From positions 18,662,001 to 18,726,000 of the forward strand of contig CM022665.1 of NCBI GenBank assembly GCA_012295275.1: 64,000 bases of DNA, read 5' to 3'. This stretch comes from Chrysomallon squamiferum. Lineage: Eukaryota; Animalia; Mollusca. The notes beneath the pieces are model-generated. The model saw only the letters and a list, made by a program, of their open reading frames with translations, searched no databases and was not told where the DNA came from. This document shows positions 12,141 to 26,769 of this stretch, one piece after another (within the stretch, counting starts at the first letter, position 1; each line of letters starts with the position of its first letter). The position numbers were made by a program, and so were the translations under genes.

Positions 12141-13615
12141 ACGTATGTATCTGTATCTTGGTTACATGTAATACAATAAAATTTAAAACAGTATAAAAAT
12201 GCTTAAATTATTTCATAAGAAATTATGACCCATACAAATTGACTGTTTTATATAGTAATAACAGCTTCAAATATATATGCAGGCTCGTGCAGACAAATTT
12301 GTGTACTTTCTTACATACATACTTGTATAATGCACAAACACACATCAACCGGCGTATTATATATAATAACGACTGGTGATAGTAATATGGTGTTGTAGCA
12401 GTTAACACCGTTAACCATGGAAGGTTTAACTAATAAAAATAAAACAGTTTCTGGTGCACACTTTTCCTTTTCTGTCACATAAACAACATGTTTGGTATAC
12501 GTTAAATACAGTGAAATATTCCAGATAAACCTGTTTTCTGACAACTATATTTCTTTAACAGAAATTTCAATGTGTGTTACAAAGCCAGTGTTTGATTAAT
12601 GCATTAGTAATACAGCTGCAGATTATTCGTTATACCTGTTTTATACGGACCCTTTCAGACCAGTACTTAAAAGATTATCATACTTTTATATTTGGTGACA
12701 GATACAAATGGATTAAATGTACTGTGTATACTCTAAAATCGTTATTTTATTTATTACCCTCAAAATAAAATAAAATACAATTCTTTAAAATAATAATAAT
12801 AATAATAAAAGTAGTAAAATTTAAAAAATATAAAATCAAAATGAACGAAATTAAAATGAAATAAAATAAAATAAAATAAAAAATAACAATTTTATAACAA
12901 TTTTAAAAATAATAAATAATAAATAAAATTAAAGTAATAAGAAAAAATAAGAACGATAAAAATGTAAATAAATAAATAACATGGTTATAATTTATCTAAA
13001 GCACGCACCTAAATGACTCAGTCTATCGTGACATTTTCTTCATCGCTTTACTACCTTATTAACGGAATACTTTAACTGTCTTTTTCAAAGTACGATCGAA
13101 CATTCATAATTTTATTTATGTGTTTGTTCTGTTTTAAATAACAATCAACTTTAAGAAGTTTATTAATAAATCATGACAGAATTAAATTTGAGATATAGTG
13201 ATTTAAAATATGAAAGGGGCAATAATCGAGAAATTTGTACATAACCGTTGCTCTTTCCCTTTGCGCAGCAGCATTTTTCAAACTGTTTTTACTGTAATCC
13301 ACAAGAACTGTATTTTGTATTGCGACCCAATATGTAATATATCAGACACAGTCTATGAACTGTCTTCCTTTATTTATTGCAGACATATGATATGTGGATA
13401 GTTATGGATGGAATCTATACAACTGAATGGCATATTTCTATTTTTGGAAGAATATTGAAAAACAAAAAGAAATAACATTTTGTATGAACTTCTAGGGCAA
13501 AAAAAAAAAAAAAAAAAAATTAAAAATTAAAAATAAAAAACAACAACACACACATACACATAAATATAAAAAAGAAAAAAAAGTAAACAATATATTTCTT
13601 GAAAGTTTTCATTTA

Positions 13616-13774
<159 letters not shown>

Positions 13775-13799
13775 TTAATATATATATTAATTTCATTTT

Positions 13800-13801
<2 letters not shown>

Positions 13802-13885
<84 letters not shown>
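13802..13885. repeat. (CT)n microsatellite
   Basis: Directly visible, about 42 units. Confidence 0.95.
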
Positions 13886-13889
<4 letters not shown>

Positions 13890-14086
13890 GTAAGTTAAAA
13901 AAAAAAAAAAAAAAATTGGTGTTATTATGTATGCTTTGGTGAACCCGTAAAAGTATTTTACGTTATTTTAATCATAAATTATACTCTTTATATATATGCT
14001 AAAAAAAGAGAGAAAAAAAAAAAAAACGAAAAAAGAAAATTCATCATGTAAAAACATGGCTTCCAAATGATAGTAGTAAATCTTAG

Positions 14087-14119
<33 letters not shown>

Positions 14120-15465
14120 ATTGGATTTTAGCTAAAAGTATTGACTCTAGAAATATAGCAGCAGCAAATCAAAAATGTATTTATTTTCTGTGATCTTATT
14201 TAATAATGACTTTATAAGTCATCACTTTCTGATTATTATGATTGCTACTGTGTATGACGTTAAGGGTCTAAGCTTTTGAAGGCGATAATATTGAAATTAT
14301 TATCAAAGATAAAAAGTATCTGTTACAATCTCACTGTTAGTAAATATATTCGGCTCCTTTATTTATTTATTTAATTTTTTTTTTCTCTCTTTCTGTATTT
14401 TTTTATTTTTATTTCATTTATTTATTTATATTATTCTTTTTACGATTAAAAATTGATCTTTTGACATGGAAACTGAGCACCCGAACATCACATTAATACA
14501 AACGTTACTTTAGTGTCTAGAGTATTTAATGAGAACACTAATATGACTGGCTTGTCAAAAACCCCCACGTCATATGCATATATTTCACGATTTTAATACA
14601 GATATACATATTTGTGGTGTAACCATTTACTTGACTTACGATGATATCAACGGATACAGGACAGTTAAAACTGATAATCAGATTAAATTTGGATGTGAAT
14701 AAGCAGAAAATGGACGCAAGAATTAGTTACTGGAACAAAATTTTCCATCGATGTCTCCCCACAAACCGCCAAATGACCTCAGTGGTATCACACGTCATGC
14801 TGCGTTGTAGTAGGTGTGGAAACAAAACATTAACACACACAAACAAAATTACATGTATGTCGTCTATATGTGTTCACCTACAGTGTTGCTGTATCTGTAC
14901 TGTGTATACTGTTCTGTTTGCTCTAAGCCTGCTGGTTTATCATGTCATGGTACATGCATTTCGATGACAAACTGTGTAAAAAATATATTGCTGTCAGTCG
15001 AAAAAGGAGTAATAGCGTTTTGTCGCGGCTGCGACTTTGTTCCCTCATTACCTTAACAGTCTTTAACAACATATAATTATTATGTAATATAACCGTAGAT
15101 TAAAAATATGTAGAGTGCATAATTTATTAACATTGTTTCTTTCCGTACCGCTGCAGGTTTTTTCTGACCGTTATGTACGTTCTAAATGTTCGAACACTGG
15201 AGCACAATGATTGAGAGCGAGTGTTTGATTTTATACTTACACGGGTTCGAAGAAAAGTTCATAGATATAGCCAAATCGTTTTGTCGTCTGTTTTACAAAG
15301 TAAAGGAAATGCATATAAAACACTGCCTTGCTATTTAATGTATAAGGTGTCTAGTGTAAACAGGTTTCTTTTTATCATACCTTCCAAAATACACGAGTTA
15401 TACCTTATAATACATTGTTATATTATTTTTTATTATTATTATTATTTATCCATTCATTCATCTGT

Positions 15466-15512
<47 letters not shown>

Positions 15513-15817
15513 CACTTACATTTAACCGTTCGAAATATTGCATGATCAGATACTATAATTGAGTAGTTGTCAACATATCAGTCTGGATTTCTTACCTTTT
15601 TTTTTTTTTTTTTTTAAATAGTACAAAAATAAGACTGGGATTAATTTGATCGCTGTGGATAAATCACTGTGAGAAACATTTCTTAATAGTCAGATAAAAA
15701 TAAATCTATCCAATATACTGAAAGTGAACCAAAGAGTCGTGCCAATTGTATTTTTATTGTTTGCATCTTGCCATTCGGTTCGAAAATATTCAATAGTCAT
15801 CAACAAAGAACTATACG

Positions 15818-15914
15818 CTTCCGGTTTGTACACATGCCGGCTTCCCTGGCTCTTTGCCAAAGTACGATTTCTATTTGGGAGCTGACGGACCGTTAACCAA
15901 TCGTATTACACGTG
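15818..15914 (+). promoter_or_regulatory. Putative gene 3 proximal promoter (ETS, CCAAT, E-box)
   Basis: CTTCCGG at 15818-15824, CCAAT at 15897-15901 and CACGTG at 15909-15914 cluster in CpG-retaining DNA about 550 nt upstream of the first coding exon. Confidence 0.4.
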
Positions 15915-16452
15915 AGCCTGGAACGTGTTATGTTGAAAAGGGATAAAAAGGTTTTTCATTAATCTGTAACAAGTATATTTAGTTGTTTCTTTTCATTATC
16001 ACGAGAGACACTGTAATAGTTATGTACATACATATGGATTAAATGATATGTAAATAAAAAATGAAGCGTGTCATCGTGTAGCATTACAGCTGACCGAATT
16101 TTTGTGTACAACCTCACACCCCTTCTGTAATTTGCAGTGTTCTACCATTCAATATAGACTACAACTACTGCTGGAACGGTGCAGTTTGTTATGGTGGAAG
16201 AAGTTGGGTTGTCATGATCAGAAGATGGCAAAACTATAAAAAAGAGCAAAATGATTTCAACTATTTATGTTTTGGCCATATTGTAAATGGAATGTTTTGG
16301 CTGCCCATGCAGGTTTTGTAGTTGATTTCTATTTTTATGGGCCGACTGTGACAATAGTGCGAGGGGAACTCGCCGGCGCTGTGACAGGAGTGAAAGAGGG
16401 GGAGTGGGTTGGAAAACGTTGTGTTTTAGAACCGAGAATCGGGACATTACAC

Positions 16453-16536
16453 ATGACTTCCAAGGATATGCTTAAGTTTCTCACTCAAAAGCTCAAATCT
16501 CAGTCTATTAATGAAGTTCATCCATTCCACGATAAG
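16453..16536 (+). CDS. FAM53: Gene 3 first coding exon, FAM53-like N-terminus (MTSKDMLKFLTQKLKSQSINEVHPFHDK)
   Basis: ATG at 16453 or 16468, strong donor AAG|GTGAGT, phase 0. MLKFLTQKLKSQSINEV resembles the FAM53A N-terminus as I recall it (MVTLITEKLQSQSLDDL). Confidence 0.75.
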
Positions 16537-16754
16537 GTGAGTGGAAAGAATGTGACCTAAATACCCTATCATCAAATGAAATCTTCCATTTTCTACAACT
16601 AACGTTGACGAGTAGTTTTTTGTTCAAGAGTATGGCGATTTTCTTTTAATGTTTTATGACAGAAAAGTTGCTAATATTATGTAATCTTTAATATTTTCGA
16701 TGCTGCCAGGCTTTCATTATATATTATAATTGGTGATATTGATATTACAAGTAT

Positions 16755-16990
16755 TACTCCTACTAAAGGATATTTTTAATAGTACTGCTGATGTTCCTGC
16801 TACTTTAATTATTATTATATTACTTTACTAGTACTACTAAAGGATATTTTAATAGTAAAATTATATATTAGAACTGCTGACGTTGCTGATACTTTACTAC
16901 AACTATTAAAACTATTTTTTTTATAGTAAAAATTGGCAAAATTTAATATATATGTCGATGCTGCTTTACTACTACTGCGGGAAAATAATT
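16755..16990. repeat. Degenerate tandem repeat at the start of gene 3 intron 1
   Basis: Repeated tactaaaggatattttaatagta and actgctga(t/c)gtt...tactttacta blocks. Confidence 0.5.
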
Positions 16991-18781
16991 TTTGGTAATA
17001 TATACGTAACAGTATAATTATGTAATGCGTAAAAAAAAAAAAAAAAAAAAATATTAATAATTTTTTTTTTTTTTTTTTTAAAATCAATACTATTGCAGCT
17101 GTGATATTACATGTTTAACGCTTGGCATGAATGTTGTACACTATTCAAAATTTGTTACAAAAATAAATATGTAAAACATAATAAATTAAACTATTTGACC
17201 AGTTTGTTTTAATTTATTGGAGTACACTAGATAAAAATAATTTCTGAATTACTAATATTTATGTGTATGGTTGCTGTTTGCTTTTCATCTTTTTTTAAAA
17301 ATTATCATTTTTTTTTATTTCAAAAACTATTTTCATTTATTAGAAAATAAGAGAAATGGTAGTTACGAGCTTGTATTCATACACACGTATTGATACACAT
17401 GTATAGATGCATTCATATACAGCATACAGCTCTTCATACAGCTGCATTTATGATCATTTATTTTATTGTTATATTGTAATCCCAATGGTTTTCAGATCTT
17501 TTGTTTCACGACCTCTATGGTCTTTATATTTTTTAAATTAATGATGGACCCAACATGTTTATATGGATTGTTTCCACTGATGTCTAACAAATTTAAAAAA
17601 AAAATAAAAGAAATCAGAATACATGTATTATTAATTTATTATGACAATAGTTTTGTACAGATTCAAAGGTCTTGGAACCAAGAGGTTCAGCTTGCTACCA
17701 ACTGTTTACCAGTGCCGTAGTCCTTTTTAAAGAAATTTGTTTTAATTTTGTTTTAATTTTAATTTTTAATTAATTTATTTTGTTTATTTTATAAATTAAT
17801 ATAATTAATTATGTGTGTGTGTGTGTGTTTTGATTTTTCTTGTATAAATTAATAAAACTACTACTAATAATGTATAATTTCATTTTCAGATATAAATTAA
17901 AATTATAACATTTTGTCTGGTCACATTTCCCAAATAGTTCTTACAACTTATAATATTATGTACTGAGATAATTGTATTAATTATTAATTCAAACAATTTA
18001 TATCTTCTTGCTTATCAAGCATTACACTTTGGCATCACTGACATACTAAATAGCAGTAGCTCCTGGGTGCAGGTGTAAAGGGGTGCGAATTTTTGTCTTG
18101 CCTGTTAATATTATACACATTGTCTATCTTATGTAACACTCTGTTTTAGAAGACAGTAAATCACCAAAAAATATATAGTAAAACATTCCAGGGATAACTC
18201 AAGTGGCGGTGTCAAAACTGAGCACAGAAAACCTAAGCTATGCTGCTGTTACGGGCCAGTTTTTATAATCCATTAAAAATTATAGAAATTGTAATCTATA
18301 AATCAAGTTATGAACAGTACCTTAAACATATCTTTCCTAATGTTGAAATTTGACTCATTTTTAAAGTTACATTCACCTTGATGAAAATGCTTCTCTCTTG
18401 TTTGTTAAATCTCGGATTCACATAATACATTATGTGTGATAATTTGTTAGTTATGGATGATTGATTCTGAGCCACGTTTAAACAGTAATCTTTAATAAAA
18501 AATTTGAGTAATGTAACAGAACAAAATGCTTTTGTGTAGTTGTGACTACCAGAGTTGGTCATTGTTCAGAATAAGTGGCTTGTATCACACCTGCCTCTTT
18601 TGCATGAAGATGTACCACAGAGTTGTAGATTTATTTTTGTTCTTATGAGGCAACAGCTGTCGTATTTAATGACTTGTCTTACTGGCAGAAACACTTTTAA
18701 ACTTTTCTTGTTGATGATATGTTAATTGTCTTGTATAACTGATCAGTGATTTTTTTTTCCTCTTGAAATTTAAAGTATATT

Positions 18782-18817
<36 letters not shown>

Positions 18818-19668
18818 GTGAATGCATATATGCATACATATTATGTTCATGGAATGTGGTGTCTTGTCAGAGTGGGCAACTGAAATATTTTAATTGCTGT
18901 AATCAATGCTGGGTGGATTTCATTTGATTTTAAATTTGTATTCATCGTGTGTGATATTTTTATGACAGGTAATATTAGAAATAATTTAATTATGGTGTGT
19001 GTTGTCTTGAACAGTTGGTAAATGTGGTCTTAAATATTTTATGTTCTCTGTGGCAGTCAAAATTTGAAATATTTTATTTATCATAGGTGTTGCCTTAAAC
19101 AGTTTTTTAAATTTAAATTCATTCTGAAATATTTTATTTGTATAATATTTTCTACAAAATATTTTATTCAAGGCATGATTGATAAACTTGCACTGGAACA
19201 TGTTCAGTCATTTAATTTTGAACTTGTCAGAATTTCCTTTTTGTGTTTTAATTTCTTTTGTAAAAAATTAGCAGAGCTCTATGGTATTGTTAATGTTCAT
19301 TTTTGTGATTCACTGCACACACATTAGGGTGAATGTGTTTGAGGGGAGGAAAAAGGACAAAAATCATTTATTGTGGAGGATACAATTTTCAAAATGAAAT
19401 GAGATTCACGATAAAGAAGAAAGAAAAAAGATATTAACAACAACACATAAATCAGCCAAAAAATATTGTGGTATGTATCCACCCCTTGAATTCCATTTGC
19501 AAAGATATGAGTGACTAATCACTCAGTGTATTGTAATACAGTTGTTTTTATAAATTTTAGGGTATTAACAGACCAAAAAAAGCAAACAAAAATACAGATA
19601 AAATATTTAGTAAATATAGTCAAATAAGGTAAAATAAATAAATAAATAAATAAATAAAAGGAGTAAAT

Positions 19669-19708
<40 letters not shown>

Positions 19709-20009
19709 TCAGTAAATATAGTCAAGTAGTGTAGAAACAAATATAATAATAAAGAAAAAATAAATGCAGTCAAATAGTGTGTCAGTCATTATGTAGTATA
19801 AATGTAAGTTGTAAAATGAGTTATGTCATAAGTGTATTACTGCTATTAGGCTGTCTGCATTTTGTTTAAGAACATGCAATAATGGGAGTGACTAAGCACA
19901 CTGTTTTATATTTTTGTAAATAAAGCTATGGGAACATACTACTTGTTGAAATGATTTCGCACATACACATAATATGTACATCTGTTGCTGGGTAAATAAC
20001 CAACTGCAT

Positions 20010-20320
20010 GGTTGATAGATACAATGTTTTAGAAACAGCATTATGTAGTTGATAGTTAACATACATAAACTGTTACTATTTTAGAAATAGGACTGGAGTT
20101 GATAGTGTGCTATTGTAGATATGTGTTTTAGAAATGTGATAAAAGTTGATAATTAATGTACATTTACTTTTAATGTATTTTAGAAACATGACTATATTTG
20201 ATAGTTACTTAATGTAATTCACAGTTACTGTATTTTAGAAATGTCTAATTAATGATTACTCAGTGTAGATTCTATGTTACTATTGTAGAAATGTAACTAG
20301 GTAGTTGATACTTAATGTAT
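20010..20320. repeat. Degenerate minisatellite (~50-bp period)
   Basis: gttgatag...ttttagaaa motifs recur about 6 times. Confidence 0.6.
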
Positions 20321-20334
20321 TCACCATTATTAAC

Positions 20335-20480
20335 TGAGGAACATACAAAAAGATCCCTTGATGCTAATTAAAAAAAAGAGTGGCATATAACATAGGTTTC
20401 CTTTCTTACTTTTGATATGATCCTTAACCATATGTGTGATGGCATGTAACTTTATGTAAATATTTTCATGCTGTTCTAGC
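20335..20480 (+). mobile_element. Partial decayed SINE copy (3' half)
   Basis: catacaaaaagatcccttgatgctaatt...ggtttcctttct...tccttaaccatatgt matches the core of the other copies. Confidence 0.4.
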
Positions 20481-21197
20481 TTATGTATATGTCAGCATAA
20501 AAATATTTATTGCTTTAGTCTTTACACTTACAAATTGGTTGTGTTTTAATGCATTTTCTCTATTTCTTGTTTACAATGACAGAAGAAGGATAAAATAATG
20601 TCCTATGTACTTACACACAATGTGTGATTAAAACCTATTTACCATTTAGTTCATTTATTTACAAACATACAAATTTAGTCATATTAATCTATGTACTTGT
20701 AACTGAAATTGTGTGTTATTATGTATTTATCATATTTTTTTATTTACAACTACATGTAGATAGAGAAATGATAAACAATGCGAAAAAAGTTGTGTAATGT
20801 TTAAAACAGATCAGCTATCTGCCACATACATGAGCTAATGAGCTTTTAAATGTCTCTTTGTAGGTGTAGTACAAACACACATCATATCTTTGTCATGTAT
20901 GTATGTGTGTATATATATATCATTATTTGAATGTATTGTGTACACATATATTATACTTTAACTTAAAGCCTCATTACTTGTCTTTTGTAGTGAACCACAC
21001 CCTGTAGGTCAAATGAACACAAGCTGTCACCTCTATAGAGCAGTCACATGTTTATAAAGATATTTTTCTCAAATTCTTTCACCTGTCTTTGGTGAAGACA
21101 AGAGGCTTTATCCACAGTACCCACAGTGTAAAAGAATCTTAACTGCAATTTCAGTTTGCCAATAAACAATTCAAGAAGTCTTTTACCTATCTCACAG

Positions 21198-21330
21198 GTT
21201 CCACAACAAGCATGCTTTAATTGTATATATAACAGAAATATCCATAGGTATCCATAGCATGCGTGCTGTAATTGTATGTTTTACAAATTCAGATGTCCAC
21301 AACACACATGCTTTAACTGTATGTTAACCA
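21198..21330. repeat. Degenerate ~50-bp tandem triplication
   Basis: tccacaacaagcatgctttaattgtat / tccatagcatgcgtgctgtaattgtat / tccacaacacacatgctttaactgtat. Confidence 0.55.
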
Positions 21331-22220
21331 TTATTTCTACATTTATTTTAATATGTTTATGTCCATGTCTTCTTATCTTTTAGTGTATTATTTTTACATC
21401 GCAAAGCACAGTTGATTTCTTAATATGGAAAGGGTGCTTTATAAATAATAATAATAATAACAATTATAATAAAGTATTTTAACACAAGCCTGACAAAAAA
21501 CTGATTAAGAAATTATTTTACATCTTTTGGATAAGACCAGAGATGTCCATAATATTCATGCATGAACATTTCTTTGAAGGAACTATGCCATATATTTTGT
21601 CAAATTACCAAGGTACTTATAATAAAGGATTGGTATGAAATATGCTTTTAAAAGACCCACTCAAATCTTGCATATTTACAGCTACTTAAACCAACATAAC
21701 TGATATTTAGGTCATATGTTTTGTACTGACAATAAATTATTATGCAAGCATAATTTATTTTAGCTCTTCAGTAAAATAACAGCAATTTATTATAAGTTGC
21801 AGAAACACATTTGAATAACATTGCACTTATATTGTAAACTACGTGAATGTGCACAATATTTGGATGTTTTAACAAAATTGTATTTAATTAACAGATCAAA
21901 AATGAAATGTCTGTTAAAAGCTAAACATTCATAAAGAATGTTCTGAAAAGAAATATTTGTCCAAAAAAAGTTTTCCCCAACTGCATATCTATTTATAGAC
22001 ATTACTAAATCTTTGATATTGATCATGTTGCATTGGTGCAGACATTGGAGTGAGATAGTAAGCACTAACTTTGTCAAACATGACAACAATCTAACATCCT
22101 GGACCATTAGGTAGTCACAAATACATAAGTAATTCATTCAACTGATGATATCATCATAACAAGTTTTGCATAAATGAATATCCCATTTATGTAGTTTATA
22201 GCAATATGGGATTTTAGTAA

Positions 22221-22261
<41 letters not shown>

Positions 22262-24414
22262 GTGTGTGTGCATATAGTTTATACAGTGTAGTATTAGTAA
22301 TATATAAACCTATATATCTATATATAGCTTACAGTAGCATAATGTATACATAATGTGTAACCTTATTTAAGTGTATGTGGCTTACAGCATAAAACATATT
22401 AGTAATGTATAAACCTGTTTATGTGTATGCAGCTTGTCAAGGTATAGCATTTTAAAAACACAAACACACACACACATACACACATACATACACAGGTGTG
22501 TGTGTGTACCTAGTTTAGACTTTTGTATCATATTACTAATGTACTGACGTATATCTTTATATAGTTGATGGCAATAGACTGTAGAGCATAATCTATGTAT
22601 ATAATTTATAGCAAGCTAGTAATGTACAAAGTTATATATCTGTATATATAATTTATATCAGTACAGTACTGCTGATGTATCTCCTGTTTACACAGTTTCA
22701 TTGAAATGTGTATCAGAATGGCTGGTTTCTTTGTTGTGTTTTGATTTGGTCAGTCACAGAGTGGAACACACTGACTGCTCACACATTGTGACAAAACTGA
22801 TCAGCTGCACCTGGAAGATAAACTGTTTCCTTTCCAAACAACATGAAAATGTGCACACAAGAGTAAAGCATTTGCGTTTGATGGGGAACCTTGGGTCCAC
22901 ACGTGCTGAACATGGACTTCAGTAAACACTGGCCTCTCTTTGTCGACTTCCTTTCTGATTGTTTTCTTCTCATCAGCCTGGATGCAGCCCAAGGAAAATA
23001 CATCTGCATAGTCACCCATGCACTTGCTTTCTTTGTTTTTAAGGAATATATCATGTGTATCTTGTTTTTGCCACCCTTCAAGTCCATCAGTTATACTTGT
23101 CTGTACTTTTTTGCCTCTAATGTTTCATTTTTGACTGGAGACAGATCTCTTTCTCTCTCTATATATATCTGTGTGCCTGTCTGTATTTATCTCTCTTTCT
23201 CTTTCTCTGTCTGTCTCTGATGCTGTAAACATAATATGTTGTTAACTGAAATTTTAATTCAACAAATTTGAGATTGTACTTTTGTTTAATGCTAACATTT
23301 TTGGTAATGACTTTCTTTTATTAAATAATTAATAAATTTTTGCTAGTAAAATAACAAGTGTTTTATCAAATATTGCAGTTACAATTTTTTATTTAAGACT
23401 TTCTGATTCAAAGTAATGAGGATAACAGAAGTGGATGAAAAATGTATTATTACTAGAAAATTAATGAAGGAATATGGTTTAATGACACCTTAATGTATAA
23501 GCATACTGATGTTTATTAGTTGTCATACATGTTTGTAATTTTTGGGGGGTTGTTTTGTTGTTGTTTTTTGCATATGTATACAAGATGAGATGAAAGAAGA
23601 AATCTATGGACACTAGTCCATGGACTATTAAGCTTTGATATCATCGTCTAGAGCAAAACTAAAGATCATATAGCTGACACCTTTCTAAGCTGTAACATTA
23701 AACATCTTTGTAACTAAATGTGAAAGTTATTCCACTTTATAATCCTCTAAAATGTTAATAAAACACCAAATGCATATATTTTTATATTGCAGATTTTTAA
23801 AATAATTATTATTACATTTTTATTACTGTTATTTTTTACTATATACATAATACAGTTTAAAAAAAACCTTAAATTCTTGGGCTATTCTTATCAGTAAGGA
23901 ATATTTTATGTGTGCCTTTATGTTGTTAGAGAAACTCACATCTTGGCCTTGATAAACCACTATTAAATATTTAGTTTTGTAATCATGTTAAATTACTTCT
24001 AATGCATGAAAACACACACACCACCTGTTTTGATTTATAGTTAAATACTGTAACTACAGAGGTATTAAATTACTGCTACTGCTTCTACATATCAAAACAT
24101 TTCACAAACCATTAGTAACTGGTTAATATTCAGATCTAAAGCTGTATTTAGTTACTGTTGTTACTACTAGTATTACCACTATTACTATTACTACTACTAC
24201 TAATAATAGTACCACCATTACTCCCCTTCCTCTTCCTACTATTGCTACTACTACTACTACTATTACAATTACTACTGCTACTACTGTTATTAGCACCATT
24301 GCCTTCAAATAAACTTTTACTATGGATTGCTTCAATGTACTGATTTGTAGCTATTAAATTACTACTACTGTCACAGTTATTATTGTTATTACTATATGTA
24401 TTGTTATTTTGCAG

Positions 24415-24493
24415 GAGGCAAATGATGACCAGGAACGTGACTCTGGAACAGAATCGGATGATGAAATTGCAGAACTTGAAGGCTTAGCAGAAA
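24415..24493 (+). CDS. FAM53: Gene 3 exon 2 (EANDDQERDSGTESDDEIAELEGLAE)
   Basis: ttattttgcAG acceptor and A|GTAAGT donor. Phase 0 in, phase 1 out, linking exon 1 to the 47255 exon in frame. A coding-like island in AT-rich intron. Confidence 0.78.
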
Positions 24494-26661
24494 GTAAGTT
24501 ACATTTTTTTGTTTTTTCTGTTTTTATATAAGAACCACAGATGTGGAAAAGGGGGGGGGATCTTATTTTCTGCCCAAGATAATATCAGAAGACACAGATA
24601 GCAGATCATTATTTATATATTTTTTTAAATAAATATTTGTCATTTGATGACACATTGTTTATGGCCTTGGTTATATAATATTACAGCACCATAAATAATT
24701 TCTTGATCCACTGCCATGAACAATTCAGTTTGAACACATTTTGATGGTTTCTTGAAGTCATGCTTGCCTATTCAGGTTAATGTGAATAGTAATTGTAAGC
24801 TTAAGGTTAAGCAATAACTTTATGAGCTGATGAAAATATCTTTCTCTATTGATGTGCATACACCTGTTTACTGTAAATATCAGCATTCAAGCTTTGTTTG
24901 CAAGGACTGCCAAGTCAGCATAAAATTCACATTATTCCTGGATCATGTTTTACTATTGGTGTTAATTAGTTACTAAATAATTAACTAACATATACTTCTC
25001 AAAAATAATTTGCATTTGACAGCTATTTCCGTGACTAAATAAAAAAACATCCAGATGTCTGCCATGGCTTAGCATGTTGATGAAAGAAAATGTGTGATTT
25101 ATCACACAGTTCTGAATGAACTATCCAGCCAACAGTGTGATTATGTGCAGTGAGCTAATTATTGAGTAAGGTAGAATTGTAAAGATAGGGGAAAAATCAT
25201 TAATGATGTCAGGCTGCTTTACAACTGTGACCTTTGTTGGGAGTCAGAGTGGCAGCATAAATAAAGATAGAAACAACAAGATCATGTAGTCTGAAGTGGT
25301 GTGCACTACCACATTTTGTATACCTATAGTCTAGAGAGAGAGAGTGAGAGAGAGAGAGGCAGTAAGGCAGTAAGGCAGTATTTAATTTATGATCTAATTT
25401 AAAAACATACAAAAACAAAATATTTAAATATTTGGTTTTCATAAGTATAATTTTAATTTGAACATGAACTTAAAAAGAAATAATTAGCTTGCTACAATAT
25501 AGGCCACAGATATTTAATATAAACTCTTCATAACAATGATGTAACAACTGAAATACAAGTGATTGTCATGGCATTTCCATACATATTTAAAATATATATA
25601 ACTGGTGTATAAGTTTTATTTTATTTCAGCAATAAGGCTTATGATACTACAACATACAAACATGCATATGTAAATAGATGCATATAGACATATAGACATA
25701 TATACGTATACACACATACATTCATACAAAGATAAACACACATGTATACATTTACATACATAAACACATTCACATGAATGAACACACACATATTTAATTA
25801 TATGTGTAAATGTATACATTTGATTCATGCACCAGTGATGGTGAGGAATTTTTATTCAGGCTTTGACAACATTTTTATAAATTGATTGCTCTATTACTCA
25901 TCACACATTTACATACTGGCTGCTAGATCTTACAGTGTAGTGTGTTCAAGTATCGCTTAGTCAGACCTTTTAAAACCAGTGTACTGGTCCTTGTGTTCAC
26001 AGAAATAATAACTAGAAATGTGGAGTTCTGAATCCAAGGATGGAGAGGCATTTTTAAAATTAATGGTTAAGGTCAGCAAGTTTAAAAGCTTACCTATTTA
26101 TCATTCCCAAGAAACTGTTGCATACAAGTGAACTATCACTGCATCAACAGATTACAAAAACATACCCACACACACACACACAGTCCTGATACATATGAAT
26201 ATGTGTTTACACAAACACCCATGCACATGAAAATTGATACACACACACACTATACGGATTACAGACAGGTGTACATGTATTCATATATTATTCCTTACTG
26301 CCAGAATAATTTACCTCATTCTTTCTGTCTGATAGAAAAGAGCTATAAGAAATCCATAGTACCTGATTGATGAGAATAAAACCTTTACATTTCTGTCTGT
26401 AGATTTCTCATCTTGCACACTATAGCATATATCTCTTTTCACAACCTAATTTCAAGCCCATATTAACAGTTATTAATAACCTCTTCTAATTCTATTCATT
26501 ACAGATTCTTATCTTCTATAGTATGTTGGTTTTCCCCCTAACATTTGTGTGTGAATATAATATAATTGTCACTGATTGCCAAGAATAACACATGATGAAA
26601 CATTTTCAGAATAGATTTCCATCCTGAAATGCTTATAGTTAACATCACAGTTACATATGTA

Positions 26662-26709
<48 letters not shown>

Positions 26710-26722
26710 CTGGTATGCATGC

Positions 26723-26769
<47 letters not shown>

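Noticed and set aside
18050-18250. Possible decayed hAT MITE (gtagct...agctatgctgctg)
   Set aside because: The left terminus is too degraded and no target duplication was found.
24123-24343. Hydrophobic poly-V/poly-L 'membrane protein' ORFs
   Set aside because: Produced by a degenerate (TAC/TAT)n tract upstream of the real exon at 24415.
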